A stretch of DNA of 64,000 nt, taken from positions 1,302,001-1,366,000 of the forward strand of contig CDPCPM010000104.1 of the NCBI GenBank assembly GCA_976551045.1, in the 5' to 3' direction. Positions 13,126 to 27,119 of this stretch are shown in pieces. Source of the stretch: Glaucostegus cemiculus (taxonomy: Eukaryota). The notes below the pieces were generated by a model. The model had not been told where the DNA came from and did not search any database. It saw only the letters and a program-made list of their open reading frames with translations. Numbering within the stretch: position 1 is the first letter of the stretch; each line of letters starts with the position of its first letter. A program made the position numbers and the translations under genes.

Positions 13126-16100
13126 AGTCTCACTAAGCAGTTCAGGTGCATCAGAAAACAATATTGGAGCTGGATCAGTGAATGGCTGTGCTACCCACTG
13201 GTGCAAACATGAGAAGATTTTATCTCCCTGCAGCATGGTGGGGGCAGGCCTTGCCACTGAGCAGCCTGTTGGAAGGTGGCCAGCTTGGTGATCAACCATC
13301 CACTGCCAATCCAGCCACTTTTTGACTGAAGGAAAGGTATGCTCCAGTAGTTACAGCAGTTGTAGCTGAGGCAAACCAGCTTAATATTGCAAGTGTGGCC
13401 TCCACATTATAATTGAACTCCAATTGCTTTTAAGATAAATTTCTACAAATTCTGCAATTTGATTGAATTTGTTAAAAACAGTTTCACTCTCCTTAACAAA
13501 TTTGGTAATCATACATGATTCTTCCTGATTTTCCACCTTTGCTATTCTTTACCTATTCATTGTGAACAAGGATAACATTGCCTCTTTCGAGACATTTAAA
13601 GATCCCTTTATTATTCCTTACCACTTCTGTTTAATTTACCTAGATCTCAATGGATTTTTACAATCTCTTTACCAGAGTTACTGGAACCCAAATTGATAAG
13701 CATTTTAAAAAAAAATTCCTAATTTGTATTTTCTCATATCTGTTCAAAGTATTTCACTTAATTTTTTAATTGGAATTAATGTAAATAAGACAACAAGCAG
13801 AACAGAATTCTGGGGAACTCAGCTATCATTACCCCCTCCCCAAATATTGTTGATGAACAATTGTCTTCCATTTCTGCTGCCAAGTAAATATTCAATATAC
13901 TGATCTAATTTGCAACATGGGCCTTAGATTTCTTAAAAAACAACACGATTGGAATTTTGTTAAGTATTTTTCAAAATTCAAAACAAATCATAGAAACTTG
14001 ATATATGTTACCACTTCAAAAAATGCCAGTGGAATTGTGAGATATTATGTTACAGCTTCTGCAGCATCTAAATAAATGTTAACATGGGTAGGGATGGGGG
14101 CAAGATAGAAACACCAATGACTGGCAGGTGACTCAAACTCAAGGGCACTCTACTTCTTGCATTGAGTTCCGGTGAGTGTTTTTCTCCTGGTAAGGAAGTT
14201 TCAAACAGATTAAAGAGGCCCAGTGTGTTGCAAGCTCCACTCCCAAAATGTCTATATTAGCTGGAGAGGATCTCCCCCAAGGCTCAAAGGCAGTCCAGAC
14301 TTCTTTAAATTGAATGGTTGAATGTCCTTGACATCCAAAAACAATCAGGAACTATTGAAAAATTGAACAAAATGTAAAAAGTATGATTCTATTAACTTCA
14401 AATTTAACATTAACCACAGAAAATAAAAGACAATCAGACACCTTTAAAGGAACTGAATTAAAATAACTAAAAAAAAGTAATTTTTACTTACTATTCTCCT
14501 CACAGAGACTTCTTCCAATTGAAATCAATGGACCATATTTAACCTGGCTCAGCAGGTAGATTTCCTAGCCTAAGTGTAGGAAAATCTGAAGAAGTGTTGC
14601 TCACTGGACTCCAATGAGCTGTACTTGGCTAAGTGAACTTCAGCAAGTGTTTGTGAGTCCCAAGAATTTGCCCACCTAAGTAAGTAAAAGCTGGCAAATC
14701 CAAGTAGATCTACTGCCTTAAATGGAAGATTGGCGCAATATATATTTTGGTGAAATGCTTTGAGGATTTTTGCTATTTTGTTTTAGTCAAAATCCTCCAT
14801 AATTTCAACTATCTGAAACTTTAAATCATCCAATCATTATTTTTATGGAAGCGATATGTTCTGAAAATATGAAGCTCCCAGAAACATAAACCAACCTTGT
14901 ACCTCATTTCCTTACTTACATCCACAAAGAATGTTACAACATACTTGGTCATGCCCAAGAATCCCTGTGGTCTTTTAATTCTTGTAATTCTTCTTAACAT
15001 GCTTCACCGATATGTAAAACAGATGTACATTTCTGGGACAATTTGGGCAGACAGAAATCTGCCTGCAGTCTTCAATTGTAAAAAACACCACTACAATCTC
15101 CTAGATGATGGACTTTGAAAAACTCAAATGATTTTGGGCTTTGCTGACCATGAACTAACCTGAGTAGAATCAAGGTATCTAATGATCTGTGAACATCTGC
15201 AGTACAATCAGTTTTTACATGGAAGCATATGTGTCTTTAGAGTCAAAGAGAGATATAGCAAGGAAAAGGCCATTTGGCCCACTGAGTCCACACTGATGAC
15301 CAACCACTCTTTTAATTAATATTAAACTTATCTCATTTTTTATAAGATTACAGAGTCATTAGTATAGCACAGAAACTTGCCCTTCAACCTACCAAGCCCA
15401 TGTCAGCCATTTTGCCCATCTACAGTACAACCTTCCTTGCTATCCACAACATCAGCTTTTGTAATCATATCTCCTACATCACTAATCATGCTTCCCGCAT
15501 TACTAAGTATGCAAACTTACTAATCATACCTTGTTACATATTTTTGTTAATAATTAGCATTTTTAACTTTGGTAGAAAATTAATGGTTGAAGTTACATTA
15601 CTGACCATTTACATTTTATCCCTTAAGAATTGTAAGCTTGTGTACTCTTGGGTAGATTTAGAATCATAATATGGATGTATTTAGCTCTCTTTGGAAAATT
15701 TGATTTCAAAAAGGAAAAAATAAAAAGCTAAATTTACCTCCTTAATGGCATTTAAGCACATATTATAGACGAGTGACTATGGATATATGATTCCATTACA
15801 AGTTACATCGTGGAAGCCAATAAATTAAAATAACAAAGAATTTGTTGTTACAATGGTGCCAAAATTATTCTTTTGATTTCGGTTTTCTTAATGAGTTACA
15901 GGTGTAGATGATTAAAAAGGGAGTATCCTTTTCAGTGCTGTTCTCAATTCTGTAACTCAATAGCCAGACTGCACGTCACATCTGCAAAACAGGAGGCCAG
16001 GCCACAGATTTATTAAAATTACTGTTTGACTGCTGCAAGCTAATTGTGTGTTGAGTGACTAAGGACTGAAGTAATCCCCATAGGAAAAGACAAACTCTTT

Positions 16101-17690
16101 TAGCTGGATGAACTTTGCAGCAAAGCCAAGGTGACCTATAGAGACTGCAAAGAGAGTCCAAATTTTGTTCAAATATAGGTATTATTTTCTCTCCAAAAGT
16201 TTGCATGTTACCTTTGCCCAATTTTCCTTCTTGCCCTCTCATCTTTGTGAGCAACAGAATACATTTCCTTCATTCAGAACAATGCCAGATTGTTTTGCTT
16301 TTTGGATATTGCTTACAACTCCCAGCCCAATTTTTGGCAGATGCGCAGTTTCAGTTCAAACTCTGCACCATTCCAGATACACTGGGCCGACTCTTGCTGG
16401 CAAATGCTGGCAGTTCTGCAGTGAACTGCCAGCATTTATTGCAAGATTGGGACCTCAGTGCTTCTGAGGAAGTCTCAAGTTTGTGGATAGGCTCCATTTG
16501 ATGAATTGGTCAGTATGCTCTTCTGCTTGGCACTGCGTGGAGTCCAGACAGAGCACAAACGAGGCAAAGTTCCTCAGCACTTCCACTGGAGGATCTGCTC
16601 ACTGATCCTGCTCCAGAATATGCAACTCCATTAATTTTAAAGGAGATTTTACAGCCATTAAGAGGAATGGTAAATTATTTTGTTTTTCATTATATGTGTT
16701 TGCAATAATCTCATTCTTTTCAAAAGTGGTTTTATTTTGACTTTCTGTACAAAGGGTGCAAGTTTTTTTAAACACACAGTTGTTAATTTTATCTTTTAGA
16801 ATAGATACTGCATATTTGAAAATATCAACCACATTCAGAAGCAGCACAAAACTTTGACAAGTTTGACTGATGTCAAACCTTGGGTGTGACTTTGCTGTTG
16901 GTAAAAAGACTTCCTCAGCAATTTTATGGGTGAGTTTGTCCTGTCGCACCGATGTGGCCTGATAACTGTAGTGGTAGGGTTTGGTGCCAGCAAGGCCTTG
17001 CTTATTTTGTAAAGGGCAGTCTTGGCCAGCAATTTTGACTTTATAGTCCAAACTAGGTAAGTATGGGCAATGGGAAATCCAGATTGCAAACATTATTCAG
17101 TAAAATTCAGGCCAATGCAACTACTGCACTGTTTTTCTTTTCTAAAGCTAATTACGTTCATAGATCTCATTTTCCCAAGGCTAGAGACACCCTTCAGTAG
17201 TCCTTAGTATCATAGAATTCTTACTGCACAGAAGGAAGCAATTTAACCCATTGTGCGTACTCCAGCTCCTAGCACAATAATCCCATCAAGTCCCAATCTC
17301 TAGCTCTCGAGTACCTATCCAGTTCCCTTCTGATGGTACTGACTAATCCTGTTTCCACCACTCTTATATGCAGTGAATTCCAGATCCTAACTATTGTCCA
17401 AGCAAAAAAGGATTTTCTTACATTCACCTTCTGTCTTTTTGCTCTGGTCCTTGGATATCAGAACAGCCTTGCTTATCCACTCTATCTAAACAAGTCACTA
17501 TCTTACAAATTTCCTCTCAACCTTCTTTGTTTCAAGGATAATAATTAATTCATTTTGTCACTCTGGCATTTTGCTTGACTCGAAGTGATGCCAAAAATTA
17601 TACAACAAAATCAATAAAGCTTTTCAGTGGTATTATAAAGGTGCTTTTGTTTCTTTATCAAGAACAGAACATGCAAGGCACATCACTTAC

Positions 17691-17835
17691 CTCTCCTCTA
17701 AGTGCCCTGGGGAACATTCAGTGTGGTTACTGTTTCCAATGAAATTCCGAATTTCGGTGAAGTAGGAATCCTCCTTATCATCCAGAATGGCACTGCTACT
17801 GTCTATTTCTGAATGAGGCGAAGATGTTGCAGTCC
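17691..17835 (-). CDS. MECOM: MECOM exon after the zinc fingers
   Basis: tttgcag|GG ACT GCA...GAG AG|gtaagt, 145 nt. [49 protein letters not shown]. Confidence 0.96.
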
Positions 17836-17959
17836 CTGCAAAAAATTGGCAATGTTGAGCATTATAACAGTATATCAGAACAACTATTGGGTGGGGGACC
17901 CAGAAAAGGGGTTGACAAGTTGTGGGATGTGAGAAATGTACATTCAATGTTCTTTCTAT

Positions 17960-18600
17960 CACTTCTTGGGGAGTGGCCAGAATTTATGCCCATCCTTCAT
18001 TGCCTCTTTGAGGTGGTAGGAGCTGAAACAGGTTGATTTCTTAGCAAATTATTCTTTTTATTTCTTGATTTTCTGGGATGTTTGCATAGCTGGGAAAATT
18101 AACATTGATTGCCCAACCCTTCTTGCACTTGAGAAGTGGTGGTGAGCCACCATATTAAACCAATGCAGTCTTTCATGGTTAAAGTACTCCAACAATGTTG
18201 TTGGGAAGAGTGTTCCAGATTTGGACCAAGCGTTGATGAAGGACTGGCAATATAGTTCCAAATCAGAATAGTCTGCTATTGGATGGTGGTGTTCCCATCT
18301 ATTTGCTTTCCTTGCTCTCCTTGGTATGCAAGGTCATACATTTAGGAGGTGCTGCCAAAGTAGATTGGGTGAATAGCTGCAGTGTATTTGTACACACTGC
18401 AATCACAATGTGACAGTGATGCAAGGAATGAATATCCAGGGTGGTTGAAGGGCTGCCAATCAAGTGAGGTGCTTGGAGATTTGTCCCTATTGTGGCATTA
18501 TCATGAAAACACCTCAACGAGCAGAGCTAGTGAATTTCTCGCAAAAAAAACAATGGTCAGTTTTACCATCCCAATGAAATTTATCAAATCAAATAGTTTG
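17960..18600 (-). mobile_element. Decayed CR1/L2-type LINE 3' part
   Basis: gcacttgagaagtggtggtgagccacc type terminus. Related fragments at 37560-37670 (-) and 39800-39880 (+). Confidence 0.5.
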
Positions 18601-18925
18601 ATCATGTGAAGATCTTAAAGCTAATTGTGAGTTATCCCTATAATTCAAACCACTACTTAAGCATGGAGATAAAGGCATCACCTCAGGACAAGGTGTCTTC
18701 CAGTTTGGAGGAGGTGAGGAGAGATTTCTTGATGGCTGTGAATTTTTTGAACATTCTACCTCAACACTGTGGATCATCAGCAGCTGCGTACATGGATGGA
18801 CAGAGTTTTGGATATTAAAGGGATAATGAAACGTGGTGATCACACAGGGTCGTGATCTTAATGGATAGAGGAGTAGGCTGGAAGGACCAATATGATCTAT
18901 TCCTGCTTCTATCTTTCATATTTTA
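18600..18925 (+). mobile_element. CR1-type LINE 3' end
   Basis: aggaggtgaggagagatttctt...attctacctcaacactgtgg...tattcctgcttctatctttcatatt, homologous to 54290-54530. Confidence 0.6.
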
Positions 18926-20239
18926 TTTTTGGCACCTATATGTAGAACTTCATAAAGTTAAGAGTGGTAGGTGGCGGTGGTAGGGAGTTGTGCTCCCCTG
19001 CTCCTCCCCCATAACACTGATAGATGTTAATGAAGTTGCCCTCAAATGTTCAACATTGTTGTACTGGCAGAGCAGGAGAAGGCTTGACAAAATGTAACAA
19101 GGCCAAAGATAATATCTGTGCCAAGAAATTGAACTTTAGGTATATCAGTGGACTATATGGATGCTGCACTTGGCAATACTGCTAAATCAGAAGTCACCAA
19201 ATAAAAATTGTGAAATTGGGATATCCTGCTTTTAGAGATTGTGGCTCATTCACCTTTAAGAGCATTAAAATCTAATGTGTGAGCTTCACAGACATTGGCT
19301 GCATTGCTAGATTCCTACCCTTAAAGACAGCTCTTCATGAAATCCTAGGGGAGGGGAGATTTATTGTAAATTATCTAGAAATGTCATATGTTGCAACTTT
19401 TGTTGCTATTTCTGTTGTTATGTCAGTAAGACAAGGCATGCTTGCAGATTATGTCATCATGTGTGGAATATATAATGGACAAATGAAACCCATGTAAGTG
19501 TGAAGCGTGACAGGAAATGCATGACCCAATCTCTTGATGGACATGATTTAAACCAGGAATGGTCAAAAACACCGAAAAAAAAGGAACAAATAAAAACCAG
19601 ACACAAGTGCCAATGATGTCCTGAAATCAGAAAGTGGGGCCTGCTTCTTAAACAGAACCACCCAAAATAAGTCTCACTGTTATTTTTGGAAAGAAGCATG
19701 AAATGGAGTAAATGGAGTAACACCCCTGGTGACATTTTGTACATAAAGTACTTAGATGACGATGATGCTCTGTACTCTCAGGACAGTAATTTTTTTGGAC
19801 AATCACTAATTACAAATTAAAACGAGGACTCAAAAGTTCTGTTAAAAGAGGAATCTGCTTCTCTGTTTACAAGCAGTACACTATACAGTGGTTCAATCAC
19901 CAATACCATTAAACCTTAGCAAATTCAAGTTATAACTAAAAATTAAACTGAAGAAAATGCACTGGAATGGGAAAAATTGTAATGGCTTGAAGCCTCTAAT
20001 TACATTTTTGGATGAGACAGTTCTTGTCTGCTCCAAGAATAGAATATACCCCAAATCTTTGATATGGTAACAACAGCTCCTCTAGGATTTCATCAGCATT
20101 AACCGTAGGCTTGTCAAGAGTCCAATTTACTGTTCTTTTCCCTGGTAGTTGGGCTTTCATCATAAGTATTGCTTCACTGACAAGTATTTCCCTTGTTTAT
20201 CATTATTAAGAGCCAGAAAGGACAAAAAAAAATCACAAC

Positions 20240-20720
20240 TAAGAAACAGCAGCTGATAGTTTACTTGTCCAACACCTATTTTGACTCAACCAAGTTGTCT
20301 GGGGTCTAGTTACCCCCTCCTGTGAAACGCATTGCTTTCAGAAACTGTGGTCTGTTGAGACACTATGCTAAAATAAACTGCTGTGGTCTTCCTTATTCTT
20401 GGAGTTCAACAAGCCTTGCTCACAAACAAAGAAAATTCCTCTTGCTGCACCTTTAAAAAAGCTGTGTTTCAATCTGCCGCTTACTGACGTGTGATAGTGT
20501 GGCCATAATTGCTATATGCCAATTTTTGATATCTTTCAGATAAACGTCAGTCACGTTGAGCTCTGCTGACTTGTTCTGCTGAGTCCACAATACAGGGATT
20601 TAGAAATATCAAGGGGGAGGGGCAGGAAATTTATCAAAGAGCAGAAAGACCTTTAAAATGGAAGATTTGCTCTTCTGTGGCAGTACATTAACCACTGCCC
20701 TAACTGCTCACTTGCTCACT
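20240..20720. promoter_or_regulatory. Candidate intronic enhancer (RUNX/GATA/ETS/CRE motif cluster)
   Basis: TGTGGT at 20346 and 20382, TGACGT 20485, TGATAG 20492, AGATAA 20538, ACGTCA 20544 and CAGGAAAT-TTATCA 20623-20636, in sequence that does not look repetitive. Motifs only. Confidence 0.35.
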
Positions 20721-22022
20721 GCCATTTAGTGGTGGATGTTCCCTTTTAATGTAGGCAGGAATCATCTCAATTTATTCAAGTCCTGGTTGACAGTGAATGG
20801 ATTTTAGCTAGAAAAGAGTCCTTTATGTGCCAGGCAATGGCACTTCAGAAACTACTGGGAGGGTGAAGAGGCAGTCCTTGGCAAATGCATGGGATGAGGA
20901 GACACACTCCATAAGGAATGTCATTAATTCCTACATTCCTGGTAATTCTCATTCCTTCCATAAAACCTTTCTGGAGCTTCCATCCCACAACTGAGTAGGC
21001 CATTTGATCTTCACGGGGCCACTGGCTGCAAAAGTCCTCATCGACACTTCTGTCACTCCCAACCACCACTATTTCAATGTGCTCTGAGCTGGCTTTCATT
21101 AACTTAAACCACTCTAATTGCTGGGTCACCTGTTGACCACCCACAGACCTCAACTTCCAAATGTAAAAGTTCTTTTCCTTATGTTTAATTGCCTTACACA
21201 GGACCTCATTCTAGAATTCCTTCAATGAATCCTTCTTCCAGGACCTTTTTTAATTCTGCCTTAAATTACAACATTTTGTCCGTACTATAAATCACCTTTT
21301 CAAATTTCTCAAAAAGCAGGCATCGAGGCAGAGATTTAAGTGATTATGCCTCAGTGATTTTCATTGCAATAGTTTTCCACATGCTGGAATCATTATGACA
21401 CACAAGAAGGCCATTTTGCCCATCTCCTGGTCAAGCAATCTGGTCCGTCCCAACACTCAACACTTTCCCCACAGCCCTACAAATTATTCTCTCTCAAGTG
21501 CCTGAACAATTTCCTATTGAAAGTCCTGATTGATTTTCTTTCCACGGGCAGCGAGTTCCAGGTCATAACCACTCTCAGCCCTCCCATAGCTATTGCCCAA
21601 AATCTTGAAATAGTCATTCCCAGTCCATGGACATTTTGCTAACTGGAGCAGCTTTCCTCCATCTACCCAATCTAATTCAGTCGCGATGTTATACACCCTC
21701 AATCAAATTTCATTGCAACCTTCTTTGTTCCAAGAAGAATAATCTTACTCTTCCAATCTAACCTTGTAGCTGAAATCATTCAGTCTGGGAACTATTCCAC
21801 TAAATACTCAAATGAGTGCTTATATAAATTCAAATTCTTACTTAAAGCAAATATTTCCCTCTTTGGGGCTACCCTTACTTCATTCCACTTCCTGATTGAA
21901 AAGGACAGGGATATGCCTGTAATAGGTTTCAAGGTTCCAGTTTGTGCTGCTCAACCAGTAAGTACAGGATAACTCACACCTTATTTTCCTTTCCTTACTT
22001 GTTTGGGAAATGATCAGCCTCA

Positions 22023-22379
<357 letters not shown>

Positions 22380-23029
22380 TTAAAAGCCTTTGTGCATTTT
22401 TTATTTTGACTTTTAAAAATACCACAGGTTATCTTTCTCAGTGACCCATTGGTACTGCTTTTGAGAAGTTATTTTATCAAATGTCTTGAATCAAATCACT
22501 CACTTGAGTCAAATGTGCTTAAATGATGTTAAACAAAATACTTTTAATGCTTCGTTTAGTGATCTGAGATTTAATTTTCTTCTCAGCAGCCCATATATAT
22601 CAAATAAATTTCCAACTCAGTAAGTGTTGTAACTTTACTCTTAGCTCAAATGTACCTTGTCTTCCTTAAATTTTTGATAATTACATGTCTCTGATGAGTT
22701 AGCAAAGATGTTTATTTTTTCCCGCATTCCTTACACATCTGGGTGGGGTGGTTTTGCTGAGGACATGAGTAGTTTCCACAAATACACTGAACAAGAAGAA
22801 TCCATGTGATTCCTCCCATTTTCACTGTGAGTTCAAGAGGAGGAACAAGACAGTGGAGGCTGACAAAGTTGGCTGTTTTGTGCTGAGTTTTGCCAGTGAT
22901 TCCAAATGGAACCATCAGAATTTAGTCATGAAATAACTGTTAGTGTCGGATCTCCACCCAAGTGCTGAGAAATGCAGATATTGGAACCTACTGATCAATT
23001 CAGAGGCCAAATCTGTTAGTTTGCTCCAA

Positions 23030-23104
23030 TATTTTGTTCGGCACAGCTTTGTGAGCCGAAGGGCCTGAATTGTGCTGTAGGTTTCTATGTTCTATGTTCT
23101 ATGT
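23030..23104 (+). mobile_element. Short CR1-type 3' terminus with (TTCTATG)n tail
   Basis: gttcggcacagctttgtgagccgaagggcctgaattgtgctgtag...ttctatgttctatgttctatg, nearly identical to 53200-53270. Confidence 0.75.
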
Positions 23105-26100
23105 ACTGGACTCCACATGGAACCCAGTAGTGGAGCAAACCAGTCCTGGTATGGGGTCCAATATCCCACTTATTTCAACAGGCATTGCAATCATGTGGAA
23201 AAAGAGGCAAAGGGAATTTAATTTTAAAAATGTTTAAAGAAAAATAATTTATGTAATTATTTAAGTGTTTAGTTACTTCAATTTTAATAGTGTTTAAGTG
23301 CTTCTGAATATCAGAGTTGCTTAATGCTGGACCTGAGACCAGAGACCTTGGGGCAGTGATAGTGAGCAACAGACCCAGTCCAGTCATGATTCAAAACAAA
23401 AGGGGCTTTGTAAAAGGATCTTGGATGAAGTAGGGACAAAAAAGTTGAAGTGGAATATGAACACTGGCATTGACCAGATGGACCAAGTGGCCTGTATATT
23501 GTGCTGTGCGTTCTGTGTGACTCAGTGACCGAAGCCTCTGTGTAGGCACGCAGAGAGCAACGATGCACTGAGTCCTACAGCTGTACCCTATCCTGAGAGG
23601 TAACTTGCTCCATTTTCTGCAGCATGGAAGTTATGCAGATCAGGACACTTGGCCGACATCGACTTATTCCTTCTCTTTTACACGTTTGCATACGTAGGCC
23701 CTCTATGGTTCAATGCCTTTGGCAACAAGACACACGTATTAAGTTCTTAGCTTGTTCTATCCCATGTGTTGCAGCTTCTAAAGAATGACAAACAAGGCCA
23801 AGATTTTTCATGCAAAATTATGCCCAGTGATTACATCTTTTCTTCTTCCACGATTAGCCTGCTCAATTGCCAGTCCCAAAGGAAGCTCTGTTATCTTCCA
23901 AGAAAGATTGTAATAAACAAGGCAAACGTTTAATACTGTGCCAATGTGTGCAGTTTAGTCTACCAAGCTGGTAGGAGAGGCATCAGTTTTCATACCCTGT
24001 AGTCATTTAGAATCCCTTGGGTCTTTATTGTATTTCTCCATACACTGTTTTACAGACATAAAATAATTATTCTGACTGCTGTTTATGGCAAATGATGATA
24101 GTCTTCATCACCCTTATTTTTCATCTTGCTTCCCCTCAATGACTTCAGAAAACATACATCTGTCACATAATGACACTTGGCAATTTTTCAATGTGAAAAT
24201 GATTTAATATAGTACTAATTGTTTCAGTCTCTTAAAGTAGTAGAAAACATACAATCTGCGTCATGCTTGCAGTCACATATAAACCATGGATGCTGCAGTC
24301 TGGGTCTGTACAACCACACACACTTGGGAACAGCAGGGGCTTGGGGGCATGCCATGTGGAATGTCCCAAATTACTTTGCTCCATCTTATCGCTGAAAATC
24401 TTTTTTGCTGATTGCATAGCCTACAATTTGGATTGCACACTATTTTAGAGTCTTTCTTCTGTTACAGAAAACTCTGCAGTCATTACCCTTGGGCTGTCCT
24501 TGGCTGGTCTTCTCATAAGCAATCTTCACTATTACATTACATGCACAGATATGGGTACTGCAAAGCCCCATTTTACTTTCGAAGACTGGGTGTGGAAGTT
24601 AGAAGCAGAAAGACAATTAGGGATGTATGTGTACTGCATTGATTAAATATTTCATACACTGAGCAGGAAGAAGGCAGATTTCAGCTACAAACCAACAAAG
24701 CAGAGTTTATAGAAGATGATTTCCACTGAAATTGGAGGAATTGAAAACCAGGCTGTTTCTATTCTGGTTGCTGATGCATAAATGCCCGTTTAATGCTGGG
24801 GGTCATGTTGAAAACATACTTCAATTTGTTTGTTGCATTTGCACTTGTGTTCCTGGTTAAGCTGCTCTGTGAAACTGTACAGTATTACAATTCTGCTGGG
24901 AAGATAAGTGGAATAACAGATAACACCTGGTCCATGTGGCCTACTGGTCTGGTTTCGCTCAGTCAAAGGGATCAGAGTGATATCTGGGAATATTTTTGCC
25001 TCTCTCTTGTCCAGAGTGTCTTTGGATTTTTATCTCTTCCAAGGTGTTTAATGGAAGTTTTGAGGTGGCAGGTGTGGTGAGCAGCTGATTGTGTTGGTAA
25101 GAGTCTGTTCCTGGAGCTTCTGCTATCAGTAACATGCCTAAGCTACAGAGACTGATCTTTTGCTGTCCATCAACTTCACATGTCTCTAGAATGCTGTACA
25201 TCTTTGGAGATAACACTCAATATGTACCGCAACTGTGTGGTAACCTACTGGGCTCTGGACTGAGAGCTAGGAAGTGAGTTTAGGTTTAATGCCTCTTTTT
25301 TGACCAAGATAAGTCAGATGGGCCCAACTCATTCATTTCATGCCATAAATTACTTTGCTTCCTTTAATATAATCTAGGTAATTCTGAGGACATGAGGAAA
25401 AACCACTGAACAAAAAATAGTTAACTTAGTATATAGATTCATCTCTGGAGAGCAACATACATCCAGCTGGATAAATTAACAGGGCTCACCCACTCAATAC
25501 ACAATTTACTGCATGTCTGAAAAGAACATAGCTGTTCTGTGACAAAGTTATCAATAAGCTAAGTCACTGGCATTGTGTGGAAAAGTTTGGCGTTCACGTT
25601 TCAGTGCTTCGTGTTCCATTCACAGAAATGACAGGTTGTTTTCTGAGAGCCACAGATGTACTTTAAGCACTTTTGGGAGTATTTGGGTTCTGATCCAATT
25701 AGTGGTGATCACTGTGGAGAGCTTCAAAGAGGTGAAAGCCATCCACACAACCTGTCAAAAACTGCAAAACCAAATGTTCATGACCACTGGATAACATTTA
25801 GGGAAACGTTCCAAAGTACCAGCTGGAGCATGAGAGCCCAATAAGAAGTAAATAAGTTGCAGAGTGTCTACAGGTCGTGCTTCAAGTGTAGGCTTAAGGC
25901 AACTTTTAGCTCATTGAGTTGGTTTTTCTTTGCAAACTTATGTTTTAACATAGGATCTCATACTGCCCTTTAAAGTTTATTATAATGGAGTTAAAAGCAG
26001 AAGTTCTATTTTTATTAAATGTAACAAGGTATAAAATCTCCTTTAAAGCCTAACATGTAAACAGTCCTATCTCTGAGCATATTCTGTAAGATACAGTATA

Positions 26101-26144
26101 AAAATCAGATGTATTTATACGTCCTTTACTGTAATTTCTTTTCA

Positions 26145-26339
<195 letters not shown>

Positions 26340-27119
26340 TTAGATGGACTGCTACAGGGAGCAGACGTGGAATTCATACTGCATTACTTTGTTTGGTGCA
26401 CAGGGAATCGGAAAAGATTTTTTTTAATGGCATTATTTATAAATAATGATTCAAATGGTTAATTTCATCTTGAAAGGAAACCTCTTTTTCTAATTAAAGC
26501 AATCTGAACATTACACAGGAAACAGAAAAGAGCTTTTCCTGGCAACAATGCAGTTTGGCTGTCATCTTCTGAAATCAGGAGCAAAAGGGATTTTTTTTTA
26601 GCAGTGCCAAAGCTCCCTGAATATTAGGGACCCACAGCGGACACCTTCAATTGTTGCATTTTCTGCAAGAGTATCCCTTTATCTCAGGCTGCTTAGTTTG
26701 AACTCATCTGCATCATCCCTGGATTAAACTGTGATCTCCCCCAGATTTCTGATTGTTCCTGTGTGCATTTAAGAATGGTTAGGAGTGCTCCTCTGTTTGA
26801 TTTTCCCTTCCCCTATTTGGAGAGGCATTGGCTTCTGCTCAGCACTTTGTCTCGACTACGAAGTGGAGCTTGGTAACTTGCTATGTAGAGGACAGCACGT
26901 TTCATCACTGTGACACAATAGTCAGTGTTCTGATGCCTTTGTGCTCCCCTTGTGAACCACATATGGAGAATATTTGTGTTCTGAAATGATTTAATCAACT
27001 AGACACAACAAAAACCCAAATTGCTTTTGATTTGCATCCAAGTACACAATACACAGATGATAAAATTAGTCATGAACAAATAAGCCAGACCAAATAGTTT
27101 CCCAACATTCACTGGCTGC

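Noticed and set aside
16599-17093. 164-aa minus-strand ORF and other short ORF-track entries
   Set aside because: No recognisable domains or fitting splice phases. Such ORFs are expected by chance or from repeats.
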